Assembly: GCF_009831105.1 (NCBI RefSeq)
Contig: NZ_WUUQ01000001.1
Coordinates: forward strand, 720,001-752,000
Length of the DNA stretch: 32,000 nucleotides
From: Copranaerobaculum intestinale
GTDB lineage: Bacteria; Bacillota_I; Bacilli_A; Erysipelotrichales; Erysipelotrichaceae
Reading direction: 5' to 3'
The notes below the pieces were generated by a model. That model was not told where the DNA came from. It made no database searches and saw only the letters and a program-made list of their open reading frames with translations. Shown piece after piece: positions 1 through 8,894 of the stretch. The number at the start of each line of letters is the position of its first letter. The stretch's first letter is position 1. Made by a program: the position numbers and the translations under genes.

Positions 1-3
1 TAT

Positions 4-32
4 ATATTGTATATAACCAATATATACAATAT
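4..32. promoter_or_regulatory. Inverted repeat ATATTGTATATA-N5-TATATACAATAT. Candidate autoregulatory operator of the downstream GntR/YtrA regulator, overlapping a -10-like TACAAT at 25-30.
   Basis: A perfect 12-bp inverted repeat (4-15 and 21-32), read directly. It sits about 17 nt upstream of the GAGGTG RBS (39-44) and the ATG at 49. It contains the GT..AC core typical of GntR-family operators. Confidence 0.5.
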
Positions 33-48
33 TGGGAAGAGGTGAATT

Positions 49-423
49 ATGGATATCATATTAAGTAATGTCAGTGATAAGCCGCTGTATGAACAGATTA
101 GCATGCAGATAAAGAATTTGATCATGACAGGTTCTTTAAAGGAAGGGGACGCTCTTCCATCCATGCGCCAGCTGGCTAAGGAACTGCATATATCTGTCAT
201 TACGACCAAGCGGGCATATGAAGAGCTGGAACGCGAGGGTTTTCTTGAAACCTCCACCGGCCGCGGCAGCTTTGTGGCAGGCGGCAATCAGGAAATGCTT
301 CGGGAACAGCAGCTTCGGCAAATTGAGGAATGTCTGCAAAAAGCGGTGGATCTGGCAAAAACAAGCGGTATCAGTACCGATGAAGTAATGGATATCCTGC
401 ATCTTCTTTACGAGGAGGATTAA
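49..423 (+). CDS. GntR-family transcriptional regulator, short YtrA-like subfamily
   Basis: 124 aa. The N-terminal winged HTH (PLYEQI...LPSMRQLAKELHISVITTKRAYEELEREGFL) is the classic GntR signature. The short C-terminal helical tail is typical of YtrA-type regulators. The stop lies 1 nt before the ABC ATPase start. Confidence 0.9.
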   Translation: MDIILSNVSDKPLYEQISMQIKNLIMTGSLKEGDALPSMRQLAKELHISVITTKRAYEELEREGFLETSTGRGSFVAGGNQEMLREQQLRQIEECLQKAVDLAKTSGISTDEVMDILHLLYEED

Positions 424-424
424 G

Positions 425-1285
425 ATGGAAAACATTTTAGAGTTGCGGAATGTGACAAAAGAATATAAGAATTTTACGTTGGATCATGTTTCATTTGCAC
501 TGCCCCAGGGTATGATCATGGGATTTGTCGGAGAAAACGGTGCTGGTAAAACTACCACGATCAAAACGATCCTCGATGTGGTGAAAAAGACCAGCGGTGA
601 AATCTATCTATTTGGTCAGCCGATTGAACAGGACAGCTTGCAGATGCATGAAGATATTGCGGTTGTATATGATGATTGTTCGATTTCCAGTTTCTTTAAA
701 ATAAAAGATGTGGAGCGGATGTTTAAAAGCTTTTATAAAAATTGGGACACAGCGAAGTTCAATACTTTGACAGAACGTTTTGAGCTGCCCGGGGACAAGA
801 AAATATCTGCCTTTTCCCGGGGTATGAAAATGAAGCTTCAGCTTGCGATAGCCCTGGCTCACAATCCCAAGCTGCTTTTGCTGGATGAGCCGACCAGCGG
901 TTTGGATCCGATTATTCGGGATGAAGTACTTGATATGTTTTTGGAATTTATTCAGGATGAAACACATAGTATTCTCTTTTCCAGCCATATCACTTCAGAT
1001 ATTGAAAAGATTGCGGATTATGTGACATTTATTCATAAAGGAAAGATTATTTTCTGTGAAAATAAGGATGATCTGCTTTCCCACACCGGTCTTTTAAAAA
1101 TAAAGCCAGCCGTTTTTGAACAGCTTGATCATGATAGCTGTATTCGTTACCGCAAAACTCTGGATCATTATGAAGTATTGATTAAGGATCGTTATGCTTT
1201 TCAAAAGAAGATGCCGGATGCGGTCATTGACCGAGTAACGTTAGATGACATTATGCTGATGTATGTGAAAGGAGAAACATTATGA
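425..1285 (+). CDS. ABC transporter ATP-binding protein (ABC-2 / YtrB-like)
   Basis: Walker A GENGAGKTT, degenerate signature FSRGMKMK, Walker B LLLLDEPTSGLD and H-loop SSH. ATGA start/stop overlap with the next ORF at 1282-1285. Confidence 0.92.
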   Translation: MENILELRNVTKEYKNFTLDHVSFALPQGMIMGFVGENGAGKTTTIKTILDVVKKTSGEIYLFGQPIEQDSLQMHEDIAVVYDDCSISSFFKIKDVERMFKSFYKNWDTAKFNTLTERFELPGDKKISAFSRGMKMKLQLAIALAHNPKLLLLDEPTSGLDPIIRDEVLDMFLEFIQDETHSILFSSHITSDIEKIADYVTFIHKGKIIFCENKDDLLSHTGLLKIKPAVFEQLDHDSCIRYRKTLDHYEVLIKDRYAFQKKMPDAVIDRVTLDDIMLMYVKGETL

Positions 1286-1914
1286 AAGGCTTGATTATCA
1301 AGGATCTGCTTTCCTCGAAAGGACTTTTATCAGTTCTGGCGATCGGCGCGGCGATGATGTTTTTTTACAGCTTTCTGGGCATTGATGTAACGGTATTTGT
1401 CGTATTCTTCATCGGTCTGCTGGTCAGTGTGAATATGTTTGAGTTTGATGTCCGCTCAAATTGGGATCAGTTGGCTATCACCTTGCCGGTGCGCCGCCGC
1501 GATATTGTAACGGCTCGCTACATTTTTATAGGACTCTTGGTGACGGTTGCCCTGATCTTCGGTCTGTTGGTAAATTTCGTGCTGCATCCTGACAGCAATG
1601 TCGGCGATATGCTGTTTGAAAACAGCATCGTCATTTCAGTGATCTTTATCTATCTGTCTGTTTACATGCCGATTATTTATAAGTTCGGAGCGATGAAAGG
1701 ACGTTATATAAGCATGATGATTATCGTGATTTGTGCGGTTGGCGGGTATTTTCTCAGTACCGGGGCATTCTTCGAGAATACGGGACTTGCTATTCTTCAT
1801 GTTCTGAATGATATTAAGAATTATCTGCCTTATTTGGCGATGGGGCTGGCAGCCGTTTGTTATGTGATGTCGCTGTGTGCCTCTTGGCGGATTTATGAGA
1901 AGAAAGAATTTTGA
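1282..1914 (+). CDS. ABC-2 type transporter permease / integral membrane protein
   Basis: 210 aa and very hydrophobic, with about 6 predicted TM helices. Translationally coupled to the ATPase. The arrangement matches GntR-ABC-permease (ytrA-like) operons. Confidence 0.75.
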   Translation: MKGLIIKDLLSSKGLLSVLAIGAAMMFFYSFLGIDVTVFVVFFIGLLVSVNMFEFDVRSNWDQLAITLPVRRRDIVTARYIFIGLLVTVALIFGLLVNFVLHPDSNVGDMLFENSIVISVIFIYLSVYMPIIYKFGAMKGRYISMMIIVICAVGGYFLSTGAFFENTGLAILHVLNDIKNYLPYLAMGLAAVCYVMSLCASWRIYEKKEF

Positions 1915-2034
1915 TACATTTCTTTGTATTTCGACAAGGTTCGAGGTTTCTATCCTTTATACTGAAATTTGTTTATGAAATATCCTGTCATAATCACCAA
2001 AGGAGCATTCATAAGTTAAAGTAGGGAGGCTGTG

Positions 2035-3687
2035 ATGGATAGTCGCTCATCGTTCTCAAATTTACATTTGAAGCAAAAGCCGCTGGACGATCTTTCAGCG
2101 GTTTTATGTGCGATTCCTCAGCCTATATGCATAACTGCTCTTGATGAGAAATTTACCGTACAATATCAAAATGATGCGCTGCTGACCATGACTGATACGC
2201 CTTTGATGCATATAGCTCAATGGATGCCTTCGGCAGATCTTCATCAAGTGCACGATGAGCTTATTACTTGGGGACAAACGGAAGTCATCGGCGGTACAGC
2301 TGTGCCTCAAAGCCAGAAGCACTATCAGCTGATTGGAAAGCTGTATCAGCAAAGCTGTGTTATCTGGGCTATCCAGGATATCAGCTCTGAGTATGAATAT
2401 AAACAGGCATATGCACATCTGCATGAAGAATATGAAGCAATGATTGAACTCAGCGGTAAGGATTTCACAGTATTTCATATTGAACAAAGGATGCTGGTGC
2501 TGCCGAAATCCATGGCTGAGGAATATGGACTTCCGATGATTTGTGAAGATGCACCATACAGCGTCGCCAAACGGCTGTTTCGTGATGAGGACTGTAGAAA
2601 GCGTTATATTGATTTTTATGAAAGTATGATCAAGGGAGATACCAGCGGTACTGCGGTCGTGAAATTGTATAATGTGCACGGAGCAAGCGAATGGTTTTCA
2701 TTGAGCTATACGATGCTTCATGAACATGATCCAAAGATGAAACGAACGATTATTTCACATGAAAATGTGACAGCATCGCGGGAAAAGGAAATTCTGTATC
2801 AGAAATGGCGTTGTCGGTTTGAAAAAGCAAAAGAAAAAGCGGTTGCTTATTATGAATATGATTTAAGTGATGACAGCTTTGAAAGTATTACCGGACCGGC
2901 GGCGGCACGGATGCTGAAAAATTATACCTTTACCAGCGCGTCGCGTTATATCAGTGAAAATTTTGTCTATGAGGATGATCAAGCAGCCTATCTGCAGATG
3001 TTCTCACGAGAAAATTTAATGGTGCAGTTCTACCAAGGCAACATGGAATTTAAGCTGGAACACCGAAGATACCGGGATGACGGCAGCCTCTACTGGGCCA
3101 AGACAAGTGTCCAGCTGGTACAGGATCCTTACAGCAATCATATCAAAGCAAGTATTTTGATCAAGGATATCGATGCGACGAAGAAGGAGCAGCTTCAGCT
3201 TGTTCGGCTGTCTAAAACAGACCCATTAACCGGATTGCTGAATCGTCATGAGCTGATCAGTCAGTTTGAAGCACTGATTAAAAGCAATCCGCATGAACAG
3301 CATGTATTATTGGTTATGGATTTAGATTGCTTCAAACACATCAATGATACCCGCGGCCATTATTTCGGCGATCGCGTGCTGAAGGATGTCGCAAAGCGAA
3401 TCAGCGCGATCATCCGTGACGGTGATTTATGCGGACGGCTTGGCGGGGATGAATTTATTGCAGTTCTGAAAGGAATCAGTTCACCAACGCTCATGGAAGA
3501 GCGACTGACGGAAATCTGTCAGAATCTGATATTTGAATATCCGTCCTTACGTGCAACCATCAGTGTCGGCGTGGCGATGTATCCCGATCACGGCATGGAT
3601 TTTCATACTTTATATCAGCGCGGAGACGAAGCGCTGTATGAAGTGAAACGGCGAGGCCGCAATGGCTACTGCATTTACGAACCATAA
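2035..3687 (+). CDS. Diguanylate cyclase (PAS-like sensor region plus GGDEF domain), cytoplasmic
   Basis: GGDEF motif at 3442-3456 (RLGGDEFIAVL). An RxxD I-site (RDGD) lies 5 residues upstream. DPLTGLLNR linker. No TM segment. I prefer the ATG at 2035 over the GTG at 2032 because GGGAGG at 2024-2029 gives 5-nt spacing. Confidence 0.9.
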   Translation: MDSRSSFSNLHLKQKPLDDLSAVLCAIPQPICITALDEKFTVQYQNDALLTMTDTPLMHIAQWMPSADLHQVHDELITWGQTEVIGGTAVPQSQKHYQLIGKLYQQSCVIWAIQDISSEYEYKQAYAHLHEEYEAMIELSGKDFTVFHIEQRMLVLPKSMAEEYGLPMICEDAPYSVAKRLFRDEDCRKRYIDFYESMIKGDTSGTAVVKLYNVHGASEWFSLSYTMLHEHDPKMKRTIISHENVTASREKEILYQKWRCRFEKAKEKAVAYYEYDLSDDSFESITGPAAARMLKNYTFTSASRYISENFVYEDDQAAYLQMFSRENLMVQFYQGNMEFKLEHRRYRDDGSLYWAKTSVQLVQDPYSNHIKASILIKDIDATKKEQLQLVRLSKTDPLTGLLNRHELISQFEALIKSNPHEQHVLLVMDLDCFKHINDTRGHYFGDRVLKDVAKRISAIIRDGDLCGRLGGDEFIAVLKGISSPTLMEERLTEICQNLIFEYPSLRATISVGVAMYPDHGMDFHTLYQRGDEALYEVKRRGRNGYCIYEP

Positions 3688-3690
3688 AAG

Positions 3691-3738
3691 GCGAAACGGC
3701 ATTTCCGGTATCTGCGGAAATTTGCGGTTTCGCTTTTT
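3691..3738 (+). terminator. Rho-independent terminator of the GGDEF gene
   Basis: Long hairpin GCGAAAC..ATTTCCG-loop-CGGAAAT..GTTTCGC followed by TTTTT, starting 4 nt after the stop codon. Confidence 0.8.
3701..3726 (+). promoter_or_regulatory. Copy 1 of the shared 26-nt motif ATTTCCG-N6-GN-GGAAATTTGCG, upstream of the PfkB kinase gene
   Basis: ATTTCCGGTATCTGCGGAAATTTGCG. It ends 25 nt before TATAAT (3752-3757). The second copy is at 4744-4769. This copy is also the inner stem of the terminator hairpin. Confidence 0.4.
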
Positions 3739-3780
3739 CATTGGGATTCGGTATAATGAAAGCAGAAATGAGGGATGGAA

Positions 3781-4698
3781 ATGTGTATTTTATGTATTGG
3801 ACAGGCAGCCTATGACATCACCTTTCCGATCGATGAACCGATTGTGGAGAATCAGAAATATCGAATCATGGAGAAAATAGAATGCATGGGCGGGCCGGCC
3901 GGCAATGCTTCCTATCTGTGCGCACGCTGGGGTGCGGATGCCGTACTGCAGGCTAGGATCGGTGATGATATTTACGGCCATAAAATTTTAAATATCTTGG
4001 AATCAGCACATGTTGATACTTCCTGTATTTATGTGGATTCTCGGCTGGAAACCAGTATAAGCGGCATCATTGCGAATCGCAGAAACGGACACCGGACTAT
4101 TTTCAACTGTCCGCAAAGTACAGAACCGATTGCTTTTCATATGCCAAATCAGCCTGTGGATGTCATTTTAGTCGACGGTCATGAACCCGCCGCATCCTTT
4201 GAAGCGCTGAAGCAGTATCCGGATGCAATATCTATCATCGATGCCGGAACGCTGCGTGAGGCTGCCAGAGAGCTTTCCAAGCGAGTGGATTATCTTATCT
4301 GTTCTCAGGATTTTGCATATCAGTTCACGAACATCTATGCTAAAAAGGATCGACCGGATGCATGGCCGCCGCTCTTTAAAAAGCTTCATGAGCTGAATCA
4401 TCATCACATTGCTGTAACGATGGGGGAAGAAGGCTTACTGTACGAGGATGAGACAGGCATTCACGCAATGGACGCTTATCGGGTGAAAGCCGTTGATACA
4501 TGTGGTGCCGGTGATATCTTCCATGGTGCCTTTGCCTATTGCATGGCAAACGATTATTCATTTGCGGATGCTTTGAAAATCAGTTCGATGACCTCTGCGA
4601 TATCCGTGGAAAGCTATGGCTCTCAGCTGTCTGTTCCGGATAAAAGAACGGTCAATGAAAGACTGCTAAAAGAGCTGGAAAACCTGGAAGTTATATGA
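3781..4698 (+). CDS. PfkB/ribokinase-family carbohydrate (sugar-phosphate) kinase
   Basis: GGPAGNA anion-hole region and the C-terminal DTCGAGDIFHGAF (DTxGAGD) signature. The start could be 3775 or 3781. I prefer 3781 because the GAGGGA RBS is at 3770-3775. Confidence 0.88.
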   Translation: MCILCIGQAAYDITFPIDEPIVENQKYRIMEKIECMGGPAGNASYLCARWGADAVLQARIGDDIYGHKILNILESAHVDTSCIYVDSRLETSISGIIANRRNGHRTIFNCPQSTEPIAFHMPNQPVDVILVDGHEPAASFEALKQYPDAISIIDAGTLREAARELSKRVDYLICSQDFAYQFTNIYAKKDRPDAWPPLFKKLHELNHHHIAVTMGEEGLLYEDETGIHAMDAYRVKAVDTCGAGDIFHGAFAYCMANDYSFADALKISSMTSAISVESYGSQLSVPDKRTVNERLLKELENLEVI

Positions 4699-4707
4699 CA
4701 TGATAAG

Positions 4708-4733
4708 AGTGATGATAAATCGTCACTTTTTTC
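4708..4733 (+). terminator. Rho-independent terminator after the PfkB kinase gene
   Basis: AGTGATG-ATAAAT-CGTCACT stem-loop (one G-U pair) followed by TTTTTT. Confidence 0.7.
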
Positions 4734-4743
4734 TTTACCAAGG

Positions 4744-4769
4744 ATTTCCGCAGGCCGTGGAAATTTGCG
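4744..4769 (+). promoter_or_regulatory. Copy 2 of the shared 26-nt motif, upstream of the PRD-regulator/PTS operon
   Basis: ATTTCCGCAGGCCGTGGAAATTTGCG. It ends 26 nt before TATAAT (4796-4801). No T-run follows, so here it is not a terminator. Confidence 0.45.
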
Positions 4770-4823
4770 AACTTTCATTACTGTAAGCGCTATATTATAA
4801 TCGAGGCGTAAGGAGGAAGCAGG

Positions 4824-6800
4824 ATGGATCTCTATAACAAACGTATTTTAAAACTGCTGCATATGCTGGCGGAAAATAAAAAAGTGTTAAGCAGTGAACA
4901 GCTTGCTTTGTCCGTCGGGGTCTCATCCAGAACCGTACGTTCAGATCTGAAGGAATTGGATGCGATGCTGAAAACCAACGGCGCTGCCATTGCGGCGGAG
5001 GCAGGACTTGGATATCGTCTGATCGTCCAGAATGAGGAAGCATTTCAAACCTTTCTGGAAAGCATTGATGATGACCAAAGCAGTACCTTAAGCAATAGCC
5101 GTGTCGTTCCAAGCGATCCACGCGATCGTGCCATGTATGTGATTCACCTCCTGCTGATGCGAAGCTTAGAAAATCGAACCGCTCCGATTGATCCTGAGGA
5201 TTTGGCTGATGAACTCTTCATCAGTATGTCGACCTTAAAAAAGGATATGAAGACGATCGATAAAATTCTGAAGCCCTTTGATCTTAAGGTCTTGCTGTCG
5301 GCAGCCCGCGGTGTGCATATTCAAGGTGATGAGGCAAAGATTCGTTACTGTATTTCCGAGTTTATTTTTAACCGCAGTCACTTGACTTCACTGGAGGATA
5401 CTGAATTCTATGAAGATATCTTTCCTTCTCAGGATACCGCTCAAATCCGCGCAATTCTGTTGGAGGTGATGGAGAAATATCAGATACGATTAACTGATAT
5501 TGCCTTTAAAAATCTGGTTGTTCATATTGTAATCATGATGAAACGGTTTACGGATGAACAGCGAGTTGACTATGATGCTCAAAGCATTCAGATCTTAGAG
5601 GCATCCAATGAGTTTCTCAGCGCCCGAGATATTGTGAAAGCCATTCGAGCCGCCATGGGCTATGATCTTGGTGATGAAGTCTACTATTTGACCCAGCATT
5701 TGATATCAAGTAAAAAATTTCTGAATACCGATTTCAATCGTGACGGCGATGATTTCGAATTCAAAAGCTCTATTCGTTCTATCCTGGAGGATATCCGTAA
5801 CGAAACCGGAGTTGATCTGCGAGATGACGCTCAGCTGATCAACGGCTTGGCGGTTCACTTAAATGTGGCGCTTCATCGGATGCGCTTCCACATGAATATC
5901 CGTAATGAATTTCTGGATTCGATGAAGAATGCCTATCCGTTTGCCTTTGAACTGGCAGTGAAAGCCAGTGAGATGATTGAACGGATCTTCACGATCAAGA
6001 CAAATGAGAACGAAATTGGTTTTCTGGCTGTGCATTTCGGCGCGGCGCTGGAGCGTAAGGGACTGAATGAAAAAAGCGCAACGGTGAATGCCATCATCGT
6101 ATGCGCGTCGGGAATGGCCACAGCGATGCTGCTGAAAGAGAAAATCAAGCAGCATTTCCAGAACCGCATTCATATTTTGAAAATTTGTCCATTATATGAA
6201 GTAACCGAGGAATTGATCAGCAGCTGTGATCTGGTTTTGACGACCGTACCGATGGAAGGCGCTCACAGCAATAAAATCATCCGTATCAATTTGCTGCTGG
6301 ACAGTGAAGATATTCAGCATGTGGAAAAGGTACTGGATCGTACTGAAACAAACAGCTTTCAGCTCAAAAATATTTTTCGCGAGGATCTCTATATGCGGGG
6401 GCTTCACTGCCGTACCAAAACGGATGTGCTGGAGACGATCACCAATCGAATGATCGAGCTTCATTATATGAATGAAGCGACGAAACAGTCGGTATTCCGT
6501 CGGGAAGAAATGGCGACGACCGAGTTGGGAAGTATGGTAGCGATGCCGCATGCGCTTGAAAATGAGATGGATGAAGCAAATGTAGCAGTAGCGGTATTGG
6601 ATAAGCCGATCGTATGGGATCAGGAGAAGGTGCAGGTTGTACTGCTTCTGAATATTCCAAAAAGCGCCTATGCGATGTGGGAGGATGTCTTTAAAAGCTT
6701 ATATACGTATCTGATCCAAGAATTTGGGGTTCACAAGCTGATGAAAGGAAGCAGCTATGATGAATTTATCCGTGATCTGGAATATCAGAGCCGTAAGTAG
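4824..6800 (+). CDS. PRD-domain transcriptional regulator of the MtlR/LicR/ManR type (HTH + 2 PRD + EIIB-like + EIIA-like), usually annotated BglG-family
   Basis: 658 aa. N-terminal HTH (LSSEQLALSVGVSSRTVRSDLKEL). PRD histidines (VVHIVIMMKR, LAVHLNVALHRM, LAVHFGAALE). EIIB-like Cys (IIVCASGMATA). EIIA-like His (VAMPHALE). AGGAGG RBS at 4811-4816. Confidence 0.92.
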   Translation: MDLYNKRILKLLHMLAENKKVLSSEQLALSVGVSSRTVRSDLKELDAMLKTNGAAIAAEAGLGYRLIVQNEEAFQTFLESIDDDQSSTLSNSRVVPSDPRDRAMYVIHLLLMRSLENRTAPIDPEDLADELFISMSTLKKDMKTIDKILKPFDLKVLLSAARGVHIQGDEAKIRYCISEFIFNRSHLTSLEDTEFYEDIFPSQDTAQIRAILLEVMEKYQIRLTDIAFKNLVVHIVIMMKRFTDEQRVDYDAQSIQILEASNEFLSARDIVKAIRAAMGYDLGDEVYYLTQHLISSKKFLNTDFNRDGDDFEFKSSIRSILEDIRNETGVDLRDDAQLINGLAVHLNVALHRMRFHMNIRNEFLDSMKNAYPFAFELAVKASEMIERIFTIKTNENEIGFLAVHFGAALERKGLNEKSATVNAIIVCASGMATAMLLKEKIKQHFQNRIHILKICPLYEVTEELISSCDLVLTTVPMEGAHSNKIIRINLLLDSEDIQHVEKVLDRTETNSFQLKNIFREDLYMRGLHCRTKTDVLETITNRMIELHYMNEATKQSVFRREEMATTELGSMVAMPHALENEMDEANVAVAVLDKPIVWDQEKVQVVLLLNIPKSAYAMWEDVFKSLYTYLIQEFGVHKLMKGSSYDEFIRDLEYQSRK

Positions 6801-6809
6801 GAGGTAATT

Positions 6810-7247
6810 ATGGAAGGAATTGTTTTGAATGAAAAAAATGTCCGCCTGAATGTCAAGGCGGAAACATGGGAAGAAGCAATACGAATCGGAGGGCAGCTGC
6901 TGGTGGATAACGGCTGTGCAAAACCGTCTTATGTCGACGGTATCATCCGTTCGGTAAAGGAATACGGACCGTATATTATTATCTCAAAAGGATTTGCGAT
7001 TCCCCATACCCGTCCTGAGGATGGAGCGGTTAAGATTGGATTTTCGCTGATTACGCTGGATAAGCCGGTCTATTTTGATGGAGATGAGGAGCCGGTAAAG
7101 GTGATGATCTGCTTTGCGGCAACCGATTCGAAGACGCATCTTGATATCTTGAAGATGATCGTAGAATTTGTGGAAAAGGGTTATATTGAACCGATCAGCA
7201 GCATGCATACACTCGCTGAACTGCACGCCTTAGTAGACAGTGAGTAG
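6810..7247 (+). CDS. PTS EIIA component, ascorbate/mannitol (type 2) family
   Basis: 145 aa with the GFAIPHTRPE phosphohistidine motif. It starts 9 nt after the regulator stop and has a GGAGG RBS. Confidence 0.9.
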   Translation: MEGIVLNEKNVRLNVKAETWEEAIRIGGQLLVDNGCAKPSYVDGIIRSVKEYGPYIIISKGFAIPHTRPEDGAVKIGFSLITLDKPVYFDGDEEPVKVMICFAATDSKTHLDILKMIVEFVEKGYIEPISSMHTLAELHALVDSE

Positions 7248-7281
7248 CAAATTAGGAATTTATTAGGAAGGAGGAACCGAT

Positions 7282-7569
7282 ATGAAGATTTTAATGGTTT
7301 GCGGAAATGGTCTGGGAAGCAGCTTCGCTTGTCAAATGACTGTGGAAGGAGTACTGAAGGAGCTGGGGGTCAAGGCCGATCTGGATCACTGTGATCTGTC
7401 CAGCGCCCGCAGTATGAAAGCAGATCTGATTTTGTCGGGTAAGAATTTTGAGTCGCAGTTTAAAAATCTTGCCATCGAAACACCGCAGATTTTCCTGGAT
7501 CGTCTGGTTGACAAAAATGAAATCAGGGAAAAGCTCACACCGTTTTTAAAGGAAAAAGGATTAATTTAA
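7282..7569 (+). CDS. PTS EIIB component, ascorbate (UlaB/SgaB-like) family
   Basis: 95 aa. The N-terminal MKILMVCGNGLGSS carries the phospho-Cys loop. Confidence 0.88.
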   Translation: MKILMVCGNGLGSSFACQMTVEGVLKELGVKADLDHCDLSSARSMKADLILSGKNFESQFKNLAIETPQIFLDRLVDKNEIREKLTPFLKEKGLI

Positions 7570-7595
7570 AAGGGATTTGAAAGGAAGGAACAAAT

Positions 7596-8876
7596 ATGGA
7601 AGTCATTAATTTTATCGTTGACAATATTCTGACACAGGCTCCGATCACCATTGGATTGATTGCGCTGCTGGGTCTTGTGCTTCAGCGCAAATCGGTAGGT
7701 CAGACGATCTCCGGAACATTTAAAACGATTTTAGGATTCATGGTATTATCTGCAGGTTCGGCAGTTATCGTTCAGGCCTTGACCTTCTTTGGTGCGATTT
7801 TTACCAAAGGATACGGGATGCAGGGACTGGTGCCGTCTATTGAAGCGATCAATGGGCAGGCGATGAATGAATTGGGACTGGGAAGTGAAATTGCCTTAAC
7901 TCTGGGTGCCATTTTCATTGTCAATATCATCATTGCCCGCTTTACCAAATGGAAATATATCTTCTTAACCGGTCAGGCACTGCTTTGGATGTCTACGATT
8001 TGTGCAGTATTCGGTTACTATTGTGGTCTGCGCGGGGCAGCGCTGATCGTAGTTGGAGGTGTAGTCGGCGGTATCTTTGCAGTAGCGATGCCGGCGATTG
8101 CTCAGCCGTTTGTACGAAAGATTACCGGGAATGACGATATTGCCTTAGGTCATTTCTGTACAGTCGGATATGTATTGACCGCATTGGTATCAAAGCTGTT
8201 CGGCGGAAAATCAAAATCCACCGAGGAATTGAATCTGCCGAAGGGATTGGAATTCTTACAGGATACGTATTTATCGATCGGGGTTGTTATGATTCCGTTA
8301 TTCATTATCACCGCGTTCTTTGCCGGCCCGGAATTTTGTGCAAAGTATGCCGGTAATACCAACTATATCGTATATGCATTTTTACAGGCAATTCAGTTTG
8401 TTGTAGGTGTTTATGTTCTGCTTGCCGGCGTTCGTTTGCTGTTAGCTGAGTTGGTACCGGCATTCCGCGGTATCGCAATGAAAATCGTACCGGATGCAGT
8501 ACCTGCGCTGGACTGTCCGGTTCTGTTCCCATATGCGCCAAACGCTGTGATTATCGGTTTTGTCAGCACTACGATCGGTTCAGTCATCGGTATGTTCTTA
8601 TTCCCGATGTTCGGTTTGCCGATGATTCTTCCGGGCATGATGACCAACTTCTTTGCAGGCGGCTGTGCTGGTATCTTCGGAAATGCGGCCGGCGGTACGC
8701 GCGGTGCGATCATTTCTGGTATCATTCATGGTTTATTCATTACGCTGCTGCCAGCGCTGCTTTCACCGATGCTGGCAGATATCGGCTTTATCAATGCGAC
8801 CTGCACCGATGTCGATACCATCGTCTGCGGGCTGTTCTATGGCTGGCTGCTGAAGCCGCTGCTGGGACTGTTCTAA
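7596..8876 (+). CDS. PTS EIIC permease, L-ascorbate (UlaA/SgaT) family
   Basis: 426 aa, polytopic. Clear similarity by eye to E. coli UlaA (LLRKSV...KTIIGFM.L.AGS, PNAV..GF blocks). Confidence 0.92.
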   Translation: MEVINFIVDNILTQAPITIGLIALLGLVLQRKSVGQTISGTFKTILGFMVLSAGSAVIVQALTFFGAIFTKGYGMQGLVPSIEAINGQAMNELGLGSEIALTLGAIFIVNIIIARFTKWKYIFLTGQALLWMSTICAVFGYYCGLRGAALIVVGGVVGGIFAVAMPAIAQPFVRKITGNDDIALGHFCTVGYVLTALVSKLFGGKSKSTEELNLPKGLEFLQDTYLSIGVVMIPLFIITAFFAGPEFCAKYAGNTNYIVYAFLQAIQFVVGVYVLLAGVRLLLAELVPAFRGIAMKIVPDAVPALDCPVLFPYAPNAVIIGFVSTTIGSVIGMFLFPMFGLPMILPGMMTNFFAGGCAGIFGNAAGGTRGAIISGIIHGLFITLLPALLSPMLADIGFINATCTDVDTIVCGLFYGWLLKPLLGLF

Positions 8877-8894
8877 AAAGAGGAGTGAGCAGAT

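Noticed and set aside
136-435. Many antisense ORFs in the supplied track lie inside well-supported genes. Examples are 136-435(-), 608-988(-), 2104-2679(-), 9405-10085(-), 12678-13052(-), 16741-17091(-), 19444-19827(-) and 29984-30700(-).
   Set aside because: Each lies wholly within a gene on the opposite strand that has strong family motifs. None has a recognisable RBS or domain motif. Their compositions are typical of shadow frames of coding DNA.
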